Below are positions 28,201 to 38,091 of a stretch of DNA of 64,000 nucleotides, in pieces (within the stretch, counting starts at the first letter, position 1; every line of letters starts with the position of its first letter). The position numbers and the translations under genes are program-made. Below the pieces are notes generated by a model. It ran no database searches. It had not been told where the DNA came from and saw only the letters and a list, made by a program, of their open reading frames with translations. Source of the stretch: Gemmatimonadota bacterium (lineage in GTDB: Bacteria; Gemmatimonadota; Gemmatimonadetes; Gemmatimonadales; GWC2-71-9). The stretch lies in NCBI GenBank assembly GCA_003220795.1, contig QHTK01000053.1, positions 15,814 through 79,813 on the forward strand. The letters are read 5' to 3'.

Positions 28201-28313
28201 ACGACCCCCGCCGGCAAGAGCGCCAGGCAGAGCGCGCCTGCTCGAGTGATGCGCCGGCAACATCTGAAGGAATGGATTAGATCGAGCTGCCGATCGGGTG
28301 GCCTGACGGTCAT
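25245..28313 (-). CDS. SusC/RagA family TonB-linked outer membrane protein
   Basis: ATG 28313; an alternative is ATG 28340. Carboxypeptidase-regulatory-like domain (GRVVSTSDASPVPAARVLVAGT..GEYRLSLPAGARTLVFRA). Plug region (VVLGYTTQQRRDVSDATAGV, VVIRGQNFLGNTTPLYVVDG). About 1020 aa. Confidence 0.9.
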   Translation of the reverse strand: MTVRPPDRQLDLIHSFRCCRRITRAGALCLALLPAGVVAARAQDSLRGRVVSTSDASPVPAARVLVAGTTQGTLTDDKGEYRLSLPAGARTLVFRAIGYRTLEVAIEGRAVIDVSLEPAPLTLPAQVVLGYTTQQRRDVSDATAGVTGEEIRSQQVATLEEALRGRVAGVQIAASGEPGRPAQVVIRGQNFLGNTTPLYVVDGMYVGENPNLDPDDIESMEVLKDASAAAQYGAQAANGVVVIRTRRGRGDTRVDLRSSYGFQAIPKRVPMMNTAGWAAVARQAYQNAGQAVIPGAANPPPISTDWQDAVFTTGAIQDHGLTVSGATANASYLISGGYLQQDGAIIQTGFHRYNFRINSQLQRGRLTLGENVALSSTRRQGLNGFPLIDVVRFPPAIPVYDSTTTSGFAFGSDAVPTFGTNPVGELRMQDNWVRSNQVIGTTFAELQLLSSLRYRFNLGVNLEGFTQQNFIRQGQLRFRDPLLPARLTRTQNEQTSLLFENLLTFDQSYGAGAHRLNAVAGYTEQRQSLDQLVAYREGFTDQDLQVIDAGQRSNLNNAGSRFENALRALLVRANYAYRDRYLFTGSVRRDGSSRFGPSNRSGTFGAASLGWVMSQEGFYPSIPLLGRGVDYFKLRASYGVLGNQDIGDYQFSAPIVQGLNYLLGSNVVANGATQITLANPNIRWQSNRETNIGVDLGLLNDRLSVTADYYVSTSSGLLVAAPIPWSLGVVGVPVVNAGTIRNTGFELAATHRFERGDFQLNTSLTLMTTRNRVVALGNGGQPIFAGPFGVARTADGLPIGTFWVLKTDGIFQSAAEVQASAQPDAKPGDVRYVDLNGDGRITDADRYDAGSAVPDVTGGLFLDGHYHRFDFTLNLRGSAGGKIFNVARYWTDRMDDISNFRAGLAPWSPTNPSTTTPRAVIGPEGAMNANPLSDRWIESGSFLRIQNISLGYRVPSDVVRWLGVSAVEPKIYVNVQNLYTFTGFSNWDPETLGFADPLARGIDDGLIYPNPRTISFGLDLRL

Positions 28314-28428
28314 ACGCCCCTCCGATGGTGGCGAATACATGTCGTGCACGGTCGGCAAGTCCTGTGCCGAGCCGTGCCGGAGTGGCGCGCGCGGCCGGGG
28401 CGTGTGAACTTTTTCGCGAGGAGCCGAC

Positions 28429-29568
28429 ATGCAGCGCGTGCTCGACCCGAGAGTGTCCGGCTGGGCGATGATACTGGCGTGGACTGTGGCTTGTGCGGGG
28501 GGAGGGGTGACGCGGGAGCGGTTCGGTACGACTGATTGCGGGGAGGCCGTGAGCGTCTTCACACTCAAGAACGCCCACGGGATGGCGCTCAGGGTCACGG
28601 ACTACGGCGGCATCATCCTCACCCTCCTGGTCCCGGACAAGAACGGCCGGCTCGACGACGTCGTGCTGGGATACGACTCCCTGACCGGCTACCTGCGGTC
28701 GTCCCCCTACTTCGGCGCGCTCATCGGACGGTACGGCAACCGCATCGCCCACGGCCGCTTCACCCTGGATGGCAAGACGTACACTCTTGCCACGAACAAC
28801 GGCCCCAATCACCTCCATGGCGGCCTGCGGGGGTTCGACAAGGTCGTCTGGGACGTCGCACCCTTCGAGCACCCGGACTCGGTCGGGCTGGTGCTGCGGT
28901 ATACCAGCCCGAACGACGAAGAGGGGTACCCGGGCACGCTGCGCACCACGGTGACGTACACCCTGACGAGCGCCAACGAGCTAGTCTTCGATTACTCCGC
29001 CACGACGGACCGGGCTACGCCCGTCAACCTCACGCAACACAGCTATTTCAACCTGGCGGGGGACGGCAAGGGTGACATTCTGGGGCACGTCGTTACCTTG
29101 AACGCCGACCGCTTCACGCCGGTCGATTCCACATTGATCCCGACGGGCGAGCTCAAGAGTGTGGCGGGCACGCCATTCGACTTTCGCAAACCCACGCCCA
29201 TCGGCGCGCGCATCGACCAAGACGACGTGCAGCTCCGCTACGGGCCCGGGTACGACCACAACTTCGTGCTCAACAAGAGCGGCGACGGGCACGAGCCGAC
29301 GTTCGCGGCGCGCGTGTACGAGCCGGCGACTGGCCGGGTGATGGAGATCTACACGACGGAGCCGGGGCTGCAGTTCTACTCGGGCAACTTCCTGGACGGC
29401 ACACTGCACGGGAAGAAGGGGGTCGTCTACCGGCGCCGTTACGGCTTCGCGATGGAGACCCAGCATTTTCCCGACTCGCCGAACAAGCCCGGCTTCCCCT
29501 CGACGATCCTGCGTCCGGCGGAGCAGTACCGCTCACGCACCATCTACAAGTTTGCCGTCCAGCCCTGA
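28429..29568 (+). CDS. galM: aldose 1-epimerase (galactose mutarotase), probable lipoprotein
   Basis: ATG 28429 preceded by GAGGAG. N-terminal ILAWTVAC lipobox-like signal. Mutarotase motifs are GALIGRYGNRIAHGRFTLDGKTYTLATNNGPNHLHGG and HSYFNL. Confidence 0.85.
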   Translation: MQRVLDPRVSGWAMILAWTVACAGGGVTRERFGTTDCGEAVSVFTLKNAHGMALRVTDYGGIILTLLVPDKNGRLDDVVLGYDSLTGYLRSSPYFGALIGRYGNRIAHGRFTLDGKTYTLATNNGPNHLHGGLRGFDKVVWDVAPFEHPDSVGLVLRYTSPNDEEGYPGTLRTTVTYTLTSANELVFDYSATTDRATPVNLTQHSYFNLAGDGKGDILGHVVTLNADRFTPVDSTLIPTGELKSVAGTPFDFRKPTPIGARIDQDDVQLRYGPGYDHNFVLNKSGDGHEPTFAARVYEPATGRVMEIYTTEPGLQFYSGNFLDGTLHGKKGVVYRRRYGFAMETQHFPDSPNKPGFPSTILRPAEQYRSRTIYKFAVQP

Positions 29569-29588
29569 GATCCCTGCACGGTGTTGTA

Positions 29589-30740
29589 GTGCTCGGCGCG
29601 CTCGCCGCGCCGGTCGCAGCGCAGCTCGAGCCCCGCGAGCTGGTCCCGCTCGAGCGCGAGCGTGTCGTCTCCGCCGCACGGCGGTACCTGGGTGAGGCGC
29701 CCATGACCATCATTGCCTTCCCCGCGCCGCGCAGTGCGGGCGGGCCGCACGACTTCTACTCGGAAGGCGATTACTGGTGGCCCGATCCGCGGAGCCCCGA
29801 CAGCCCGTTCGTCCGTCGTGATGGGGAGACGAACCCGAGCAACTTCATCGCCCACCGCGATGCGATGCGCCGCCTGAGTCAGATCGTCCCGGCCCTCGTC
29901 GCCGCCTACCAGATCACGGGCGACACCGCCTACGCCCGCCACGCCGTCGCCTATCTCGAAGCGTGGTTCGTGGACGCTCGCAGGCGCATGAATCCGCATC
30001 TCCGATACGGGCAGGCGATCAAGGGGCGGGCGACGGGGCGCGGCACCGGCATCATCGACACGATTCACCTGGTCGAGGTCGCGCGGGCCACCTGGGTGCT
30101 CGAGCGGATGGGATACCTGAGAGGCGAAACGCTCGCTGGCACAAAGCGCTGGTTCCGTCAATACCTAGAGTGGATTACCACGCACCCCTACGGAATCGAC
30201 GAGCGCAACAGCGGCAACAACCACGCAGCCGCCTGGGCGCTGCAGGTGGCCGCGTTCGCGCAGCTCGTCGGCGACGAGGCGCGGCTCGACTCCATGCGGC
30301 GCTTCTTTCGCGAGACGCTCATTCCCCAACAAATGGCCGCCGACGGCAGCTTCCCGCGCGAGCTGGCGCGCACCAAGCCCTACGGCTACTCGCTGTTCCA
30401 GCTCGACGTGATGGGAACGCTCGCGTGGGCCCTGTCGACTGCCGGAGAGGATCTGTGGGCCTTCACCACGCCCGACGGGCGCGGGATGCGCCGCGCGCTC
30501 GCGTTCATGTACCCGTTCATCAAGGACAAGCACGCCTGGCCGAAGCCACCGGACGTGATGTATTACGACCAGTGGCCGGTCCGCCATCCGGCTCTCTTGT
30601 TCGGCGGCCTCGCCCTGCACGAGCCACGCTACCTGGACCTGTGGAAGACGCTGCCAGCCGATCCGACGGTGGATGAGGTCGTGCGCAATTTTCCGATCCG
30701 TCAGCCGCTGTTATGGCTGAGACAAGGAGCCGACCGATGA
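29589..30740 (+). CDS. alginate lyase family (polysaccharide lyase) protein
   Basis: Motifs PHDFYSEGDYWWPDP..FVRRDGETNP, MNPHLRYGQ and NNHAAAWALQVAAFA are typical of the Alginate_lyase family. GTG 29589 follows an in-frame TAG directly, so the signal peptide is very short. The start is uncertain, with ATG 29703 as an alternative. Confidence 0.7.
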   Translation: MLGALAAPVAAQLEPRELVPLERERVVSAARRYLGEAPMTIIAFPAPRSAGGPHDFYSEGDYWWPDPRSPDSPFVRRDGETNPSNFIAHRDAMRRLSQIVPALVAAYQITGDTAYARHAVAYLEAWFVDARRRMNPHLRYGQAIKGRATGRGTGIIDTIHLVEVARATWVLERMGYLRGETLAGTKRWFRQYLEWITTHPYGIDERNSGNNHAAAWALQVAAFAQLVGDEARLDSMRRFFRETLIPQQMAADGSFPRELARTKPYGYSLFQLDVMGTLAWALSTAGEDLWAFTTPDGRGMRRALAFMYPFIKDKHAWPKPPDVMYYDQWPVRHPALLFGGLALHEPRYLDLWKTLPADPTVDEVVRNFPIRQPLLWLRQGADR

Positions 30741-31657
30741 CGACGCGCCGTGAGTTCGTCGCGACTGCCGCCGCTGCCTTCGCCACGCGATACACCCGCT
30801 GGCTGCCGCGCGGGGACCATCTCCCACTCGGCTTCTCGACCCTGGGCTGTCCCGCATGGACGTGGCCGCAGATCTTGGATTTCGCCGCCGCGCACGGCTA
30901 CGTGGCGGTCGAGCTGCGCGGGCTCCAGGCGACGATGGATCTGAGCCAGGCCCCCGAGCTCGCGCCGGGACGCTTAGAAGAAGCGAAGCGGCAGCTGGCC
31001 GGGCACGGCCTCTCCGTCTCTGACCTCGGCGCCTCGGCCCAGATGCACGAGATGGATCCCACGAAACACGCCGCGCAGCTCGCCGAGGCGCGCCGCTTCA
31101 TCGACCTCGCGCAGGCGCTCGGGGCGCCGTACGTGCGCGTGTTCGGCAACAACTACGTGAAGGACGTGCCGCGCGCGGACATGCTGGCGCACATCGCCCG
31201 CGGTCTGCGCGAGCTGGGCGACTACGCCCAGCCGAAAGGCGTCACCGTGCTGATCGAATCCCACGGCGACTTTACCGACTCGCCCAGCCTGCTCGAGCTG
31301 CTGCGGCAGGCCGACTCGCCGGCCGTGCAGCTCTTGTGGGACGCGCATCACACGTTCGTGTCGGGCAAGGAGCAGCCGGAAGACACCGTGCGGCAGCTGG
31401 GGCGCTATATCCGGCACACCCACTTGAAGGACTCGGTGCCAGCGGCGACCACGGGAGGGCGGCGCTACGTGCTGACCGGCACGGGCGAGGTCCCGGTGCG
31501 CCGCCAGATCGAGGCCCTCGTGAAAATCGGGTACCGCGGGTTCTACAGCTTCGAGTGGGAGAAACGCTGGCACCCCGATATCGCGGAGCCGGAGGTCGCG
31601 ATCGCGCAGTTCGCGACTGTGGCGGCCGAGTACCTGCACGGCGCGGGAGTACGCTAG
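30737..31657 (+). CDS. sugar phosphate isomerase/epimerase (xylose isomerase-like TIM barrel) with Tat signal
   Basis: ATG 30737 overlaps the upstream stop (ATGA). Twin-arginine signal MTTRREFVATAAAAFA. TIM-barrel family segments are YVAVELRG, APYVRVFG, VLIESHGDF, WDAHH and FYSFEWEK. Confidence 0.8.
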   Translation: MTTRREFVATAAAAFATRYTRWLPRGDHLPLGFSTLGCPAWTWPQILDFAAAHGYVAVELRGLQATMDLSQAPELAPGRLEEAKRQLAGHGLSVSDLGASAQMHEMDPTKHAAQLAEARRFIDLAQALGAPYVRVFGNNYVKDVPRADMLAHIARGLRELGDYAQPKGVTVLIESHGDFTDSPSLLELLRQADSPAVQLLWDAHHTFVSGKEQPEDTVRQLGRYIRHTHLKDSVPAATTGGRRYVLTGTGEVPVRRQIEALVKIGYRGFYSFEWEKRWHPDIAEPEVAIAQFATVAAEYLHGAGVR

Positions 31658-32910
31658 TGTTGCTGCGCCTCGCAGCGCTCGTGCTCCTTTGCCTCGGTGT
31701 CGCGCCGTCGGCTCCACGGCTCGCTTCGCGTGTCGCGCCCCCCGCGCCCCCCGCGCCCCTGCGAGTGTACTCGCTGCGCGCGGATGCGCTCGCGCGAGCG
31801 AAGCGCCGTCTCGCGAGCGGCGACTCAAGCCTGCGGCCGGCGTACGACCGGCTGGTGCGGGAGGCCGCGGCCGCCCTCGTGGCCGGGCCGTTCTCCGTGA
31901 TGGACAAGCAGCGCACGCCGCCGAGCGGCGACAAGCACGACTACGTGAGCATGGGCCCGTACTGGTGGCCCGACTCTACCAAGCCGGGCGGCCTGCCGTA
32001 TGTCCGGCGCGACGGTGAGCGAAACCCCGAGATCCGTCGTGACTACGACGCGTCCCGCTGGGGCGCGCTGAGCAGCGCCGTCGGCACACTGGCGCTCGCC
32101 TACTACTTCAGCGACGACGAGAAATACGCCGAGCGCGCCGCGCGCCTCTTGCGGGTGTGGTTCCTCGATCCCGGCACTCGGATGAACCCCAACCTCCGGT
32201 ACGGACAGCGCATTCCCGGCATCGCCGAAGGCCGCGGTGCGGGGATCATCGAGACCCGCTCGCTCGTGGGTCTGGTGGACGCGATCGGCATGCTCGAGCG
32301 CTCCCCCGCCTGGACGGATACGGCCGCCGGGGGGATGCGTTCATGGATGTCCGCCTATCTCCAGTGGCTGCGCACCAGCGAGATCGGAAAGGAGGAGCGG
32401 AGCGCGCGGAACAATCATGGCACCTGGTACGACGCGCAGGTCGCGGCGCTGGCGCTCTTCACCGGTGACACGGCGCTCGCGCGCGCCACGCTCGAGGCGA
32501 GCAAGACCAAGCGCATCGGCTCGCAGGTCATGCCTGACGGCCGCCAGCCCTTCGAGCTGGTGCGCACGCGCTCGCTCGCGTACAGCGCGATGAATCTCGA
32601 AGGACTGTGTCGGCTGGCGGAGCTGGGGCGGCAGGTTGGCGTGGACCTCTGGTCCTACCAGTCACCGGACGGCGGCAGCATCCGCAATGCGCTGGACTAC
32701 GTCGCGCCCTACGCCGCGGCAGCGACACGGTGGCCCGGGCAGGAAATCACGCCGATCGAGCCGGATTGGGCCGTGCTGTTGCTGGCGCGTGCCCGGCTCA
32801 CCTACGGGGAGCCACGCTACGGCGCGCTGCTGCGGGAGATCCCGGGAGACGTGGTCCTGTCCCATCGGGCGCGGCTGTTATACCCGGATTCGGATACGAC
32901 ACCCGAGTGA
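31657..32910 (+). CDS. alginate lyase family (polysaccharide lyase) protein
   Basis: GTG 31657 shares one base with the upstream TAG. Signal-like LLRLAALVLLCLGVAPSA. Motifs KHDYVSMGPYWWPD..YVRRDGERNP, MNPNLRYGQ and NNHGTWYDAQVAALALF. It is a paralogue of 29589..30740. Confidence 0.75.
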   Translation: MLLRLAALVLLCLGVAPSAPRLASRVAPPAPPAPLRVYSLRADALARAKRRLASGDSSLRPAYDRLVREAAAALVAGPFSVMDKQRTPPSGDKHDYVSMGPYWWPDSTKPGGLPYVRRDGERNPEIRRDYDASRWGALSSAVGTLALAYYFSDDEKYAERAARLLRVWFLDPGTRMNPNLRYGQRIPGIAEGRGAGIIETRSLVGLVDAIGMLERSPAWTDTAAGGMRSWMSAYLQWLRTSEIGKEERSARNNHGTWYDAQVAALALFTGDTALARATLEASKTKRIGSQVMPDGRQPFELVRTRSLAYSAMNLEGLCRLAELGRQVGVDLWSYQSPDGGSIRNALDYVAPYAAAATRWPGQEITPIEPDWAVLLLARARLTYGEPRYGALLREIPGDVVLSHRARLLYPDSDTTPE

Positions 32911-34860
32911 TCACTTCGCCGCACGGAGCATCACCCGGTACCCGCCGTGGAGCGCCGTGCCCTGCGTGGTGAGCACGAGCCGCTCGACCGCGTCGCCCCA
33001 GACGGAGCGGAGCTGCTGGTCGGACACCCGGATCTCCTCGACAGTGGCGTGCAACTGGCGTGGGTCGAAGATAAGGATATAGAGCCCGCCGAGCCGTACC
33101 TCGCCGCGCCGCGAGGTATCCGCGCGCAATGGCGTCATGAGGTTCAGGCGCACCGGCTCCTTCCACTTCGTCAGCTCGTACCGGTCCTCCAACTCCACGG
33201 CCGGCGTCCTGCGGTCGAGCGTCACCCCACGTTGCCAGCGCTGCACCGCCGCCTCGGCAGGATAGGCGGAGGCGATGTCGGCCGAGAACGTGACCCGATT
33301 TGCGCTCTCCTCGAAGGACACGCCCTTCGCCTGGAATTCCCGTCCCGCCCCCTGCATGACGCCGTTGATGGTCGGCAGGTTATGATAGGCGGATTGCATC
33401 GTCCAGATCTCGTAGCGCTGCGAGCTGAAGGTCTTGGCGGAGTAGGTCTCCACGCCGAGGTCGATCAGCACCGGCCTACCATCTCCATACACGATGAAGT
33501 TGCCGACGTCGTTGTGGTTATGGCTCTGCGCGTTGTGGCCGCCCCACGCGGAGAGGTAGAGACGCGCGCCTGAGTCGGGAGTGGATCGCGCCGCCATGAG
33601 CTGGAGATCCGGCAGCCAGACGGAGCCGAGCAGTGGCTCGGAGGCCCGCGCCGTGGCGATCTCCCGCGCGACGAGCAGCGCCGGCAGGACGCGCCCGGGC
33701 GAACCAGAGCCGGGTCGGTACGGCCCGCGGCGCTGCGCGAGCAGCGCTCCGAATCCCTGCATGACCGGGTCGCCGATCCGCTTCCCGTATTGATACACCA
33801 GCTCGGCATCGGGCCTGAGTTTCGCCGAGGCGTCGCCCATCGGGACGAAGTACTCGTCCTTGATGTACACCCGGTAGATGTACTGCCCCATGTTTCGCAC
33901 GAGCGGTGAACGGTAGATGTCGACCGCGCCGTTGGTGGCGCTGCGGAGCAGCTCCAGGTTGTCGAACAGCGACGCCCCCGCCCGTCCCCAGTACCCCGGG
34001 CCTTCGTCCGAGGCCCCGTCGTCCGGGTAGACATTGATGAAGTTGTCGAGGCTGCGCATGATCTTGTAGACGGAGGCGGTGCGTCGCCGCGGGTCAGCCT
34101 CGAGCAGCAGGACGGCGGTCAGCCAGTTGGAGTTGATCCACGGATTCCAGTTGTTGACGTTCTTGCGTTCCCCGAACCCCATCCACCAGAAGTCGTCGCG
34201 TTGCAACGCCGGCGTGAGCACGCGCCGGTCGACCTCCGCGCGGATGCGCTTGCGGAGGAGTGGCGACACCTGGTCGAGCCGGTCCCCGAGCAGGTAGTCG
34301 GTCCACGCGAGCAACGCGCCTGTTTCCGCGGCGAAGAGGTCGACGATCGGCTCGGTGACGTCCGGCAGTCCGTTCCCGGCTCGCTGCATCCCGAGGTGCG
34401 CCGTCGATCCCCAAAAGGTTTGCTCGGAGATCGCCCAGATCCCATCGGCGATCTCGTCCAGGAAGCGCCCCTCGTTCTCGAACACCTCCGCAAGGACCAG
34501 CGTCGTCAGTTTCTCACGCTGCCGGGTGTTCATCACGTCGTAGTGCGACCGGTTCCCGTTGCGGATGTACTGCAACGTGACGGTGGCCGGGATTCGCTCC
34601 CAGGCGGTGCCCAGGGACTGCTGCGCTTCGCGGACGAACCCGGCCCGAATCTCCTGGGGCACCGCCTCCCAGTCTGCCCTGTCCCGGATCGTGGGATACG
34701 GATGCCACTGCGCGGCCGGAATCAACACAGCGGCGAGGGCCTGCTCGCTCAGGCCACCGGTCAGCAGGTTTCTCGGACCCTGTCCCGCTGCCCAACCCAC
34801 TGCCACGGCGAGGAGGGGGAATACCGCGCGGATCGCGCGGCCGCGCGGCATCGTCTTCAT
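32911..34860 (-). CDS. heparinase II/III family protein
   Basis: ATG 34860 with signal MKTMPRGRAIRAVFPLLAVAVGWAAG. Hepar_II_III motif GGHNAQSHNHNDVGNFIVYGDGRPVLIDLG. 649 aa. Its stop directly abuts the convergent gene's stop (TGATCA). Confidence 0.8.
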   Translation of the reverse strand: MKTMPRGRAIRAVFPLLAVAVGWAAGQGPRNLLTGGLSEQALAAVLIPAAQWHPYPTIRDRADWEAVPQEIRAGFVREAQQSLGTAWERIPATVTLQYIRNGNRSHYDVMNTRQREKLTTLVLAEVFENEGRFLDEIADGIWAISEQTFWGSTAHLGMQRAGNGLPDVTEPIVDLFAAETGALLAWTDYLLGDRLDQVSPLLRKRIRAEVDRRVLTPALQRDDFWWMGFGERKNVNNWNPWINSNWLTAVLLLEADPRRRTASVYKIMRSLDNFINVYPDDGASDEGPGYWGRAGASLFDNLELLRSATNGAVDIYRSPLVRNMGQYIYRVYIKDEYFVPMGDASAKLRPDAELVYQYGKRIGDPVMQGFGALLAQRRGPYRPGSGSPGRVLPALLVAREIATARASEPLLGSVWLPDLQLMAARSTPDSGARLYLSAWGGHNAQSHNHNDVGNFIVYGDGRPVLIDLGVETYSAKTFSSQRYEIWTMQSAYHNLPTINGVMQGAGREFQAKGVSFEESANRVTFSADIASAYPAEAAVQRWQRGVTLDRRTPAVELEDRYELTKWKEPVRLNLMTPLRADTSRRGEVRLGGLYILIFDPRQLHATVEEIRVSDQQLRSVWGDAVERLVLTTQGTALHGGYRVMLRAAK

Positions 34861-34865
34861 CGGTC

Positions 34866-36382
<1,517 letters not shown>

Positions 36383-36386
<4 letters not shown>

Positions 36387-37429
36387 TGCTCGTTGAGATA
36401 GCGCGCGATCGGCGGGTTCACGAGCTCCTGGGTCGCGGTGGAATCGAGGTTCGCCGCCGTCACGAGCGCGACGCCGGTGTCGATGAGACGCGCGACCGGC
36501 TTGCCGCGCAGATGATCAGCCATCGTCTTCACGCCCAGGTACCCCATGCGCATCGGGTTCTGCACCACCAGCCCGTCGAGCTGGTGCGCGCGGATCGCGG
36601 CGATCAGGACGGCGCTGGCATCGAACCCGACGAACTTGACCTTCCCTGCCAGGCCGATGTCCTGCAGCGCGAGCAGCATGCCGATTGTCGACGACTCGTT
36701 GGGGGTGAAGATGCCCTGAACTAAGCCGCCGTAGCGGTTGAGGAGGTTTTCCGAGGCGCGCTTGGCCGTCTCGCGCGTCGGTCCGGCGTACTGGTCGGCC
36801 GACACGATCTCGATGCCCGGGTACCGGGAGCGCAACACCTCCAGAAACCCGGACTCCCGCTCGGTCGTGCTGGCCGATCCCTCGCCGTACCGCAGCAGCA
36901 GCACCTTGCCCTTCCCGCCGAGTAGCTCGCCCAGCCGGCCCGCGCCCAGCTGCCCGCCCTTGCGATTATCGGTGGCGACGAAGCTGACGATGCTGTCCGA
37001 CTCGACCCGCGAATCGATGATCACCGTCGGCACGCCGGCGCGCCGGGCCTCTTCGACCGGGCGCACCAGCGCCCGGCTGTCGAGCGGCGCCAGCACGATC
37101 CCCTGGACGCGCTGGCTGATGAAGCCTTCCACCACCTGGATCTGCTGCTCGCGGTCGTCTTCACGCAGCGGTCCTTTCCAAATGACGTTGACCGGCGCAC
37201 CCTCGGTCGCCAGCTCGCCCGACGCCTGGATCGCCCCGGCGTGGATACTCTTCCAGAACTCGTGCGTCGTGCCTTTGGGGATCACCGCGATGGTGAGCGA
37301 CTGGTCGGAGCCGGCCCGCGAGCCGCGCTGCCGCGGCGTCGATTTTCCGCAGCCGGAGATGCACATGGCGGCGAACAGGACGACGGGCATCTTGCTCCAC
37401 CAGCCTCCACCAGCCTCCACCAGCCTCAT
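36383..37429 (-). CDS. sugar ABC transporter substrate-binding lipoprotein (RbsB/LacI-type periplasmic binding fold)
   Basis: Lipobox AAMCISGC. Type I PBP segments are TIAVIPKGTTHEFWKSIHAGA, GIVLAPLDS, PTVIIDS and VKFVGFDAS. Start is ATG 37429 (ATGA overlap with the lutC stop) or ATG 37390. Confidence 0.85.
37395..37428. repeat. tandem 10-bp repeat, 3.4 copies (CTCCACCAGC on + strand; GCTGGTGGAG in the mRNA sense)
   Basis: CTCCACCAGC CTCCACCAGC CTCCACCAGC CTCA read directly at 37395-37428. This is at the lutC-stop / SBP-start junction. Confidence 0.9.
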
Positions 37430-38091
37430 GTCTCCTCCTCCAGCAAGAGTACGTGGACCGTCTGGGGACCGTGCACCCCGACGACCAAGGTGAGCTCGAT
37501 ATCCGAGGTGCGCGACGGTCCGGTGATCAGGGTGATCGCGTGGCTGGCGGTCTGTCGCACGCGGGCGAGCGCGTCGCCCAGCGACTCACAGATGCACGAC
37601 GCGGACAACACGGCGACGTGGATCGGCGGGACAAGCGACAGCAACCGGCTGCGCTCGCGGGCCGACTCGAGCACCAGCGTGCCGGTCTCGGCGATCCCCC
37701 ACTGCGCGGTGGTGACACCGGCCTCACACGCGAACAGCTCGTCGCGCGTGAGGCGATCGAGGCTCTCGAGCACGACGCTGTCTCCCGACCGCGGGAGGAG
37801 CCGCTGTACCAGGGGCGCGTCAGAGCCCACCACCCGCCGCACGCCCGCGCTCCTAAGGATACGGGCCAGTGCATCGGCGGCGTCCGCTGCGCCGCGCACG
37901 ACGGTGCACTGCGCGCCTACGGCGGCCAGTCGCTCTGTGAAGCGCGTGACGAGGTCCCCCCTCTCTGGAACGGAGAGGGGGCCAGGGGGTGAGGACTCCA
38001 AAGCCCAGCGGGGGTCAGGGGGTGCCGATTGCGCCAGGTTCTCGCGCACCGCGCGCAGGATGTCTCGCCGAGCGGCGTCGCTGTCCGTCAC
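37426..38091 (-). CDS. lutC: lactate utilization protein C (LUD domain)
   Basis: GTG 38091 overlaps the lutB stop (GTGA). About 221 aa. LUD-domain-like C-terminal part (AETGTLVLES..RLLSLVPPIHVAVL..ITGPSRTSDIE). It follows lutA-lutB. Confidence 0.75.
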   Translation of the reverse strand: MTDSDAARRDILRAVRENLAQSAPPDPRWALESSPPGPLSVPERGDLVTRFTERLAAVGAQCTVVRGAADAADALARILRSAGVRRVVGSDAPLVQRLLPRSGDSVVLESLDRLTRDELFACEAGVTTAQWGIAETGTLVLESARERSRLLSLVPPIHVAVLSASCICESLGDALARVRQTASHAITLITGPSRTSDIELTLVVGVHGPQTVHVLLLEEET

